A program made the position numbers and the translations under genes. A DNA stretch of 15,033 nt, taken from assembly GCA_034722055.1 (NCBI GenBank), contig JAYENL010000024.1, forward strand, positions 1 through 15,033. The letters run 5' to 3'. Below, one piece after another: positions 1-6,870 of the stretch. A model generated the notes under the pieces. That model searched no databases and was not told where the DNA came from. It saw nothing but the letters and a program-made list of their open reading frames with translations. Positions within the stretch are counted from its first letter, which is position 1. Each line of letters starts with the position of its first letter. Origin of the DNA: Armatimonadota bacterium. GTDB taxonomy: Bacteria > Armatimonadota > Zipacnadia > Zipacnadales > UBA5352.

Positions 1-180
1 TTCGGCTGGCGCGGCCTCCGCCTCTGCAGGGGCGGCCTCTTCCTCAGCGGGGGCAGCTTCCTCCTCGGCCGGGGCGGCCTCGGCGGGAGCGGTCTCGGCC
101 TCAGCCGGGGCAGCTTCCTCCTCAGCCGGGGCGGCCTCAGCCTCAGCGGGGGCAGCCTCGGCCTCTGCAGGGGCAGCCTC
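1..180 (-). repeat. In-frame ~21-nt tandem repeat encoding EAAPAE(A/E), 9 units visible (one shortened to ETAPA, the last cut by the window edge)
   Basis: Translation of 180->1: EAAPAEA EAAPAEA EAAPAEE EAAPAEA ETAPA EAAPAEE EAAPAEE EAAPAEA EAAPAE. Synonymous positions vary between units. Confidence 0.95.
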
Positions 181-678
181 GCCGAGTGTCAACTTGACCA
201 TGAGGTTGTCGGGCGTAAAGCCCGTTCCCGTGGGCGGGAAGGCGAAGACGCGCCGCCGCGTGCCGTCGGCCTCCTCGATATCCAGCGTCGTCACGTGCAC
301 CACCCAGGTTGGTGTGCCGGTGACGACCTCGCCGCTCGTGGTGGTGACGTTGAGCTGCTGGATCTTCCACCGGGGAGCCTCCTCGGTGCCGGTCTGGGCC
401 CACTGCACGTCGATCGCAGCGATGTCAGTGGCGGGGACCTTCCTCACCTCGTCGCCGCTCCTTATGGCAATGTGGCCACCGTCGGGCACACGGGAGCCGA
501 TCTCGCCGCCCTCCACGAGTCCGAGCTGCGCCATCTGGATGAGGCCGGTGATGGTCTCGCCGCCGCGTAGCGTGGCGGTTCCCTCCAGCCGCGGGCCGGC
601 GACATCGGCGAACCCCACAGCCGTCGCGACGAGGCCGATCAGCAGGGCAACCGCCAGCGTCCTGGTCGTCGTGGACAT
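1..678 (-). CDS. Secreted hypothetical protein with signal peptide and Glu/Ala/Pro-rich repeat linker (3' end runs off the window)
   Basis: Own translation; not in the ORF track because there is no stop in the window. ATG at 678 is preceded by SD-like GAGGTGA. It reads MSTTTRTLAVALLIGLVATAVGFA-DVAGPRLEG... (Sec-type signal peptide), then a ~140-aa beta-rich-looking domain, then EAAPAE(A/E) repeats to position 1. Codon third positions are strongly GC. Confidence 0.85.
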   Translation of the reverse strand, partial: MSTTTRTLAVALLIGLVATAVGFADVAGPRLEGTATLRGGETITGLIQMAQLGLVEGGEIGSRVPDGGHIAIRSGDEVRKVPATDIAAIDVQWAQTGTEEAPRWKIQQLNVTTTSGEVVTGTPTWVVHVTTLDIEEADGTRRRVFAFPPTGTGFTPDNLMVKLTLGEAAPAEAEAAPAEAEAAPAEEEAAPAEAETAPAEAAPAEEEAAPAEEEAAPAEAEAAPAE

Positions 679-745
679 GCGACTCACCTCTCTTGGCGTC
701 CATGAACTGCTCTGCGACGCCCCGAGCGCGACTGCCATGGCGCTG

Positions 746-1735
746 TCAGCGCCGGGCTCGCGCCTGGAGCGTCTCGATGAAGGCTTCGACCCGGAGTCTG
801 GTGCGGGCATCCAGGGGCCCTGGGTTCTCCCCTTCCAACGACAGCACCGGGAGATCCAGATGGCGCTTGATCAGCAGGTCCTGGATCTGCCGGAAGCAGA
901 ACGCCTGGGTGTAGTGGATCAGCCCGTCGATACGTCGCAGCTCGATCTGCCGCCGCAGATCGTCGAGGCGGCCGGCGAGCTGATAGGGATAGGTGTAGCG
1001 GCGATACTGCTCCAGCAGCTCACAGTCCAGGCAATCGGCCATGGTGAACTGCCGCTGCATCTCGTTGAGCACCACGCGGGCGTCAAGCCCCTCGATGAAC
1101 TCGTAGAGATCGCTGAAGATGGTCGGAACGCCCGCCACGCCGATGCGCACCGTGGCCTCATCCGGCGTCCGCTGCCCGGCCCTCTCCAGGAACTCGTCGA
1201 TCTCGGCCTCGAATCGCCCGGGGTCCCCGTTGAAATCGCTGCAACACACCTGATAATAGTGGTTTTCCCAGCCGTTGACAAGGCCCTCCCGCCAGGTGAG
1301 GCGGTCGATCTCGGCCACCTTCCGGCGCACGGAGCGCAGGCGCTGGCGCTGCCCTTCGGCCTCATCCCAGGTGACGCCGAAATGGTCCGCCAACCGCTGG
1401 ATCTGGGCCCGCAGCAGCTCGGCGTCCCGGTCGTAGGGATAGGCGAAGGGTATGATGCGCACGCCATGCTCGGTGAGGGTCTCGATCATAGCGTGGGTCT
1501 GGGCGCAGTCGCCCTGGGTGACGGCGACCACCACCGGAATCTGGTGCTTGAGCGTGGCGGCGTAGATGCCCTTGATCCAGGCGCAGGCGGTTCGTGGAAA
1601 GCCATCGGTCTCCGCGCGCCCCACCAGCCCGGCTGCCTCGGGGTCGGTGATGAAGATGTTGTTGAGGTCCACCGGCTCCGTGTCGGCGGCCAGGAGAATC
1701 TCGACGGGAATGGTGGTGGTGATTCCTACCTTCAT
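746..1735 (-). CDS. 2-hydroxyacyl-CoA dehydratase family protein (HgdB/FldC/BcrB-like D-component), 329 aa
   Basis: MKVGITTTIPVEILLAA...PVDLNN, FPRTACAWIKG, TQGDC, IDGLIHYTQAFCFRQ and PVLSLEGE...RLRVEAFIE match the HGD-D family pattern with conserved Cys. Start moved from 1786 to ATG 1735, where family similarity begins. Confidence 0.85.
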   Translation of the reverse strand: MKVGITTTIPVEILLAADTEPVDLNNIFITDPEAAGLVGRAETDGFPRTACAWIKGIYAATLKHQIPVVVAVTQGDCAQTHAMIETLTEHGVRIIPFAYPYDRDAELLRAQIQRLADHFGVTWDEAEGQRQRLRSVRRKVAEIDRLTWREGLVNGWENHYYQVCCSDFNGDPGRFEAEIDEFLERAGQRTPDEATVRIGVAGVPTIFSDLYEFIEGLDARVVLNEMQRQFTMADCLDCELLEQYRRYTYPYQLAGRLDDLRRQIELRRIDGLIHYTQAFCFRQIQDLLIKRHLDLPVLSLEGENPGPLDARTRLRVEAFIETLQARARR

Positions 1736-1868
1736 GGTAAGGCCCAACGGCGGGAAGCGGGAGTTGACACAGGTGTACAGCCGCAACGTTCAGGATGGCG
1801 GATACCGGCAGCAGTGACATGACAGGTGCCACCGCGGGCGGCGCGTGCTCGGCGCTCGCCGCTTGCAG

Positions 1869-2759
1869 CTACGGCAGCCCCAGAACCTTGTGCACCTGCG
1901 GCATGATGCGCACGTCGCGCAGCCGCCTCAGAGCGAGGGCCCGATAGCGGAGCAGGTCCAGGCCCCTGGGCGGCCGCACATTGTTCACGGGGGTCACCGG
2001 CTGCAGGAAGACCGGACAGGCGGGGTCCACGTCCGCGATCTGGTCGAAGACCTCCACCATCTCCTCGTCGTCCGCGGCCTCAGTGACCACGATCTTCACG
2101 AAGACACGCTTGTACTGCGCAAGGCGCAGGAACTCCCGGCGGGCCTCGGCGTTCATCGGCCGGCCCATGGCGCTGTCGAGCTTGAAGTCCGCCGCCACCC
2201 AGTCGATCATGCGCAGTACCTGCTGCAGGTCATCAGGGCGCTGGCCGTTGGTCTCCAGCATGATGGGCAGATCGAACCTGCGGAGCATCGTGGCCAGTGC
2301 AGCGACGAACTCCGGGTGCATCAGCGGCTCGCCCCCGGTGAGGGAGATGGAGTGGATCGCGCTCTCCTCATCGTACTTGAGCATGCGCTTGACGACATCC
2401 ACCACGTCATCCACCCGGGCCGGATTGGGGATGCTGAAGCCACGCACGCCGGGCTTGGACTGGCACCACACCTCGTCGCCGGGGTCGCCCAGCGCCTGGG
2501 GCGTGTCGCACCAGGGACACCCCAGGTCACAGCCGGCGAAGCGGATGAAGATCTGCTGCAGGCCGGCGAAGAGCCCCTCGCCCTGGATGGAGGTGAAGAT
2601 CTCCACCAGCGGCGCCCGGACCCCGGTGTCAACCTCCTCCAGCAGCTCCTCAACGGTCGGCTCCTGGGGGACCTGGTAGTACTCCGCGGCCTCCTCGGGT
2701 CCGGACTGAGGCCTGTGCGTCCCTGTGATGTCGCGGTCGTCGTTACCGGGCACCGTCAT
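1869..2759 (-). CDS. queE: 7-carboxy-7-deazaguanine synthase QueE (radical SAM), 296 aa
   Basis: EIFTSIQGEG, FIRFAGCDLGCPWCDT (CxxxCxxC), SLTGGEPL, LETNG, FLQP and a C-terminal PQVHK are QueE hallmarks. ATG 2759 overlaps the DUF366 stop (ATGA). Confidence 0.9.
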   Translation of the reverse strand: MTVPGNDDRDITGTHRPQSGPEEAAEYYQVPQEPTVEELLEEVDTGVRAPLVEIFTSIQGEGLFAGLQQIFIRFAGCDLGCPWCDTPQALGDPGDEVWCQSKPGVRGFSIPNPARVDDVVDVVKRMLKYDEESAIHSISLTGGEPLMHPEFVAALATMLRRFDLPIMLETNGQRPDDLQQVLRMIDWVAADFKLDSAMGRPMNAEARREFLRLAQYKRVFVKIVVTEAADDEEMVEVFDQIADVDPACPVFLQPVTPVNNVRPPRGLDLLRYRALALRRLRDVRIMPQVHKVLGLP

Positions 2760-3313
2760 TGAACTCCTCGGACCTTGCAGGTTGCCAGATGCGCGTCCTC
2801 GATCTCGCCCGCGTAGGCCTCCAGCAGCTCCTCGGCCAGCGCCTCGACGTCCACGCCCCACTCGCCGAGACCGGCGGCATCCACCGGCGCGCCCGCGGGA
2901 TCGACGTTCAGCCCCACATGCATGAGCGCGGAGACCGGCGAGATGGTGGCGATGGAGACCGAGAGCTTGCGCTCGGCGGCGTAGAGGTCATCACCGTCTC
3001 GGCGCAGCGGCGGCACGGACCCCAGCGCGCCCAGCCGCTCGGCGATAAGACAGATGAAGAGACGCTGGCGGAGCACCGCGCGGTTCAGGTCGCGGTCGAA
3101 GTGCTCGGCGATGAAGTGCAGCATCTGAGCGGCCTCGATGGGCTGGCCGGCGGCCACGTTCGCGCGATCCACCATCTCCGAGAGCTCCACCCGGCAGGGG
3201 CCCACGAAGGCCACGATGGCGTCGCCCTGCAGGCCGAACTCGTCGAAGATCCAGAGGGAGCGGAGCTGATGGCCGGTGTAGCGGATCGTGGCGGGGCAGA
3301 GATGTGTCTGCAT
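2756..3313 (-). CDS. DUF366 family protein (biotin/lipoate ligase-like fold), 185 aa
   Basis: YTGHQL, GDAIVAFVGPCRV, EMVD, MLHFIAEHFD, RQRL, RDGDDLY, KLSVSIAT and HVGLNV match DUF366 as I recall it. SD AAAGGGGA lies upstream of ATG 3313. Confidence 0.8.
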   Translation of the reverse strand: MQTHLCPATIRYTGHQLRSLWIFDEFGLQGDAIVAFVGPCRVELSEMVDRANVAAGQPIEAAQMLHFIAEHFDRDLNRAVLRQRLFICLIAERLGALGSVPPLRRDGDDLYAAERKLSVSIATISPVSALMHVGLNVDPAGAPVDAAGLGEWGVDVEALAEELLEAYAGEIEDAHLATCKVRGVQ

Positions 3314-3325
3314 TACGCATCCCCT

Positions 3326-3377
3326 TTGCGCCCTGGGTGGCCGCGGGTATGATAGAGGGGTCGGAGAGCGCTGTCAA
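3326..3377. promoter_or_regulatory. Overlapping bidirectional sigma70-type promoters
   Basis: Minus strand: TTGACA (3377-3372), 17 nt, TATCAT (3354-3349), pointing to DUF366. Plus strand: TTGCGC (3326-3331), 16 nt, TATGAT (3348-3353), pointing to the methyltransferase. Confidence 0.7.
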
Positions 3378-3402
3378 GCTGAGCTCCCGAGGGGAGAAGG
3401 TT

Positions 3403-4608
3403 ATGGATACACGAGAGCGAGAGGCCCTGATCACCGAGCTGCAGCGCGCCTTCGTCGATCGATGGCGCGTCGCAGGATCGATACGCACTGAGGCGGTGGA
3501 GGAGGCCTTTCGCGCGGTCCCCCGCCACCTGTTCGTGGACCGTTACTACGAGGGCGACGGGCTTGACGAGCTGGTGGAGGTGGACCCCGAGGCGCCGACG
3601 GAGGAGCAGCTCCGCCGCATATACAGCGAGGCCGCGTTGGTCAGCCACGTGGAGGACGGGACGCCGAGGAGCTCCACCTCCCAGCCGCCGCTGGTGGCGG
3701 ATATGCTGGAGACGCTCCTGCCGGAGCCGGGGATGAAGGTGCTGGAGATCGGGGCCGGGACGGGCTGGAACGCGGCGCTGATGGGACACATCGTCGGCCC
3801 GGAGGGCAGCGTGACCGCCATCGACATCCAGGAGGACGTGGTGCTGGGGGCGCGGCGGCACATCCGGCGGGCCGGGACTGCGAATGTGAGCATCCTCCAC
3901 GGGGACGGAGGCCACGGGCATGAGGAGGGGGCGCCCTACGACCGCATCATCACCACCGCGAACTGCCATGAGATCTCGCCGCACTGGGCGGAGCAGCTCG
4001 CGCCGGGTGGGGCGCTGCTGGTGACGCTGCGGGACCTGCCCGGAAGCAGCATGTGCCTGAACCTGCGGCTGTGGCGGCGGAAGCGGTGCCTGAAGGGTGA
4101 GGTGGTGGGCTGGTCCGGCTTCATGACGCTGCGGGGCGACTACGGGACCGACGAGGTAGCCCGCCGGGACGCGGACGAGCGCCTTGAGGAGCTGGCCGAT
4201 GGGCGCGAAGCCGAGGAGCGTGAGGCGCCGTGGGGCTACCTGGGCCTCCCGGAGCACTCCATGTCGTACATGCTGCGGGGCCTGGCGTTCTTCGCGCAGC
4301 TCGAAGGGCTGCAGGTGGAGCAGATCGGCTCCCGGTTCGCGATGAGCCAGCCGGAGAGCGGGGACCTGTGTGTGGTTGCTGCGGACGCGGTTCAGGCCTT
4401 CGGCGGCAGAGCATACGACGCGCTGTGCCAGATCACGCGGCGGTGGATTGAGTTGGGGGCGCCCAGGCAGTACTCCTACCGCGTTGAGGCCTGGCCGCTG
4501 GAGATACGCAAGCGCCGCCCTCGCGATGGCTGGCTGCTACGTCGGGAGCATACGCAACTGATCTTCGGGCTGAAGGATCGGGACCGGGACAGGACAATGC
4601 CGTGGTGA
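3403..4608 (+). CDS. Protein-L-isoaspartate O-methyltransferase (PIMT/PCMT)-like SAM methyltransferase with long C-terminal extension, 401 aa
   Basis: AFRAVPRHLFV, SSTSQP, KVLEIGAGTGWNAAL, GDG..G...APYDRII, QLAPGG and GFMTLRG. Start set at ATG 3403 after GGAGAAGG. Confidence 0.85.
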   Translation: MDTREREALITELQRAFVDRWRVAGSIRTEAVEEAFRAVPRHLFVDRYYEGDGLDELVEVDPEAPTEEQLRRIYSEAALVSHVEDGTPRSSTSQPPLVADMLETLLPEPGMKVLEIGAGTGWNAALMGHIVGPEGSVTAIDIQEDVVLGARRHIRRAGTANVSILHGDGGHGHEEGAPYDRIITTANCHEISPHWAEQLAPGGALLVTLRDLPGSSMCLNLRLWRRKRCLKGEVVGWSGFMTLRGDYGTDEVARRDADERLEELADGREAEEREAPWGYLGLPEHSMSYMLRGLAFFAQLEGLQVEQIGSRFAMSQPESGDLCVVAADAVQAFGGRAYDALCQITRRWIELGAPRQYSYRVEAWPLEIRKRRPRDGWLLRREHTQLIFGLKDRDRDRTMPW

Positions 4609-4630
4609 CGCCGGGAGGGTGTTCGCGTGC

Positions 4631-4659
4631 TTGACTCCCCGTGAACGCGGTGGTAACCT
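4631..4659 (+). promoter_or_regulatory. sigma70-type promoter for the TPP riboswitch-thi4 leader
   Basis: TTGACT (4631-4636), 17 nt, TAACCT (4654-4659), with an extended -10 TG at 4651-4652. It lies directly upstream of the aptamer. Confidence 0.7.
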
Positions 4660-4682
4660 TCGACGGAACGAACAGATACGCC

Positions 4683-4767
4683 TCGCTGGGGGAGCCAGCG
4701 GCTGAGATGGCGGGACCAACCGCCGACCCCGGAACCTGATCCGGTTAGCACCGGCGTAGGGAAGCGA
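4683..4767 (+). ncRNA. TPP (THI-box) riboswitch aptamer
   Basis: P1 TCGCT/AGCGA, GGGGAGCC..GGCTGAGA, P3 GGCGG/CCGCC, GACCC, GAACCTGATCCGG..CCGGCGTAGGGAAG. It sits upstream of a thiamine biosynthesis gene. Confidence 0.95.
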
Positions 4768-4886
4768 TAGCTCAGCGGCATCTCACGCCGCCGGCGCCCT
4801 CGTCGGCGGCGTTCCTGTGAGCCGCTGTCGCCGCCCGGCTCGAGAGCGCTCGCCATCTGAGCGCGACGGCAGAAAGGGACGAAGCC

Positions 4887-5699
4887 ATGTCATTGGAGCG
4901 TGACGCATTCCGCTTCGACGAGCTGACCATCACCCGCGGGATCGTCGAGACCTTCATGGAGGACTTCCTTGACTCGATCGACCTGGACGTGGCGGTGGTG
5001 GGGGCCGGCCCGTCGGGACTGACGGCGGCGCGTGTGCTTGCGCAGGAGGGCGTTAAGGTTGCGGTCTTCGAGCGCCATCTGCACATCGGCGGGGGCATCT
5101 GGGGCGGCGGGATGCTCTTCCCGCGCATCGTCGTCGAGGAGGACGCCGCCCATCTGATGCGCGATGCGGGGATCGCCCTCCGGGAGTGGCGGGACGGGAC
5201 GGTCATCGCCGACGCGGTGGAGTCGGCGACCAAGATGACCGCGGCGGCCATCGACGCGGGAGCGCGGGTCTTCGTGGGGATTGAGGTCGAGGACGTCGTG
5301 GTGGATGACGATGACCGTGTGTGCGGCGTTGTCATCAACTGGGGAGCGGTGCCGGCGGCGGGGCTGCACGTGGACCCACTGGGCGTTCACGCCAAGGTGG
5401 TCATCGACGGGAGCGGCCACCCCTGCGAGATCGCTCAGGTAGTGGTCACGAAGGTCCCCGGGGCCCGCCTCGACAGCGAGTTCGACTTCGTGCCCGGGGA
5501 GGGCTCCATGAACGTGCGGGCCGGTGAGGCCGCGCTGGTGCCCAACACGAAGGAGGTCTATCCGGGTTTGATCGTCACCGGAATGGCCGCCAACGCTATC
5601 AACAAGTCCTACCGCATGGGCGCCATCTTCGGCGGCATGCTCCTGTCGGGAGAGCGCGCGGCGGAGCTGGCGGCGGAGATCGTCCGGGAGCGGGCGTGA
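4887..5699 (+). CDS. thi4: Sulfide-dependent adenosine diphosphate thiazole synthase (Thi4), 270 aa
   Basis: DVAVVGAGPSGL, GGGIWGGGMLF, GVVINW, LHVDPL, PGLIVTGMA and RMGAIFGGMLLSG. Located under a TPP riboswitch. Confidence 0.93.
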   Translation: MSLERDAFRFDELTITRGIVETFMEDFLDSIDLDVAVVGAGPSGLTAARVLAQEGVKVAVFERHLHIGGGIWGGGMLFPRIVVEEDAAHLMRDAGIALREWRDGTVIADAVESATKMTAAAIDAGARVFVGIEVEDVVVDDDDRVCGVVINWGAVPAAGLHVDPLGVHAKVVIDGSGHPCEIAQVVVTKVPGARLDSEFDFVPGEGSMNVRAGEAALVPNTKEVYPGLIVTGMAANAINKSYRMGAIFGGMLLSGERAAELAAEIVRERA

Positions 5700-5757
5700 C
5701 AGCACCGCGGCGCCTCCAAGGGCATCGCATCGGACGTGTTTCCGAGAGGACACCCCA

Positions 5758-6870
5758 ATGATCACCATCGGCGAGCGGGTCGAGGCCATCGACACCCCGG
5801 CCCTGGTCGTGGACCTGGATGTGATGGAGGAGAACATCCTGCGCATCCACCGGGCCACGCTCGACGCCGGCATCGAGCTTCGCCCGCACATCAAGTCGCA
5901 CAAGACCCCTGAGATCGCCCAGAGGCAGATCCGTGCGGGAGCCATCGGCATCACCTGCGCCAAGATCGGCGAGGCGGAGGTGATGGCGACCGCGGGGATC
6001 GAGGATATCTTCATCGCCAACTGCCTGGTGGGAGAGACGAAGATGCGGCGGCTGGTGGCGCTGGCGAAGCGGACCCCGAGGCTCTCGATTGCGGTGGAGA
6101 GCGTGGAGGCAGCGCGCCAGGCCTCGGCGGCCTTCAGCGACGCGGGCATGGAGCTGGAGGTGCTCATCGAGGTTGACGCGGGGGCCGGCCGGGCGGGCGT
6201 CCAGCCCGAGGACGCCATCGGGTTCGCCGACGGGCTCTCGGAGATGCCGGCGCTGGAGATCGGGGGGGTGATGAGCTACGCCTCACACTTTGCCTACACC
6301 AAGCGCGGTGAGGAGGAGCTGGTGGAGGGGGCGGCGGAGGAGGCGCGGGTGATCTCAGAGATCGCCGAGAGCCTGCAGGCTGCCGGGTACGAGATGCGGC
6401 GCATCAGTGGCGGCTCCACGCCCACCGCCGGCCGCTACCAGAAGGGCTGCGGACTGACCGAGATCCGCCCCGGGACCTACGTGTTCTACGATCACAACCA
6501 GGTGGACATCGGCTCGGCGCCGATGGAGCAGGTGGCGCTGAGCGTGCTCTCCACCGTGGTGGCGACGCCCAGCGAGGAGCGCGCGATCATCGACGCCGGC
6601 ACTAAGGGCCTCGCCCAGCAGGTCGGCGATCTCTCGGACGGCTATGGCTGGCTGCCGGACGTGCCCGGCGCGGTGGTCCACAAGATCAACGACGAGCACG
6701 GCTTCGTGGACGTGACCGGGGCGGAGCGGCCACTGGCGATCGGGGAGAAGGTGCGCGTCATTCCCGCCCGGGCCCCCACCTGCGTGAACCTCTACGACTG
6801 GATCTGCGCGGCGCGCCGTGGCGTGGTCGAGGACGTGTGGCGCGTCGCGGCACGGGGAAGGAACACTTAG
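5758..6870 (+). CDS. Alanine-racemase-fold PLP enzyme, DSD1/D-threonine aldolase-like family, 370 aa
   Basis: DTPALVVDLD, RPHIKSHK (PLP Lys), CAKIGEAE, SGGSTPT, EIRPGTYVFYD, IDAGTK and NDEHG. SD GAGGA precedes the start. Confidence 0.88.
   Translation: MITIGERVEAIDTPALVVDLDVMEENILRIHRATLDAGIELRPHIKSHKTPEIAQRQIRAGAIGITCAKIGEAEVMATAGIEDIFIANCLVGETKMRRLVALAKRTPRLSIAVESVEAARQASAAFSDAGMELEVLIEVDAGAGRAGVQPEDAIGFADGLSEMPALEIGGVMSYASHFAYTKRGEEELVEGAAEEARVISEIAESLQAAGYEMRRISGGSTPTAGRYQKGCGLTEIRPGTYVFYDHNQVDIGSAPMEQVALSVLSTVVATPSEERAIIDAGTKGLAQQVGDLSDGYGWLPDVPGAVVHKINDEHGFVDVTGAERPLAIGEKVRVIPARAPTCVNLYDWICAARRGVVEDVWRVAARGRNT

Noticed and set aside
1..180. Tandem repeats as a CRISPR array
   Set aside because: No unique spacers. 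The repeats are in-frame coding units with synonymous variation.
194..1822. 542-aa plus-strand ORF
   Set aside because: Antisense shadow of two real minus-strand genes. Long shadow ORFs are expected at high GC, and it has no recognisable motifs.
1736..1868. Possible preQ1 riboswitch or promoter (TTGACA at 1764-1769) next to queE
   Set aside because: No preQ1 stem plus A-rich tail here or upstream of DUF366. The TTGACA is antisense and lacks a properly spaced -10.
1845..3352. Plus-strand ORFs 1845-2762, 1981-2679 and 2759-3352
   Set aside because: Antisense to queE and DUF366.
4890..6218. 442-aa minus-strand ORF (and 3313-4257)
   Set aside because: Antisense to thi4, the PLP enzyme and the methyltransferase, with low-complexity translations.
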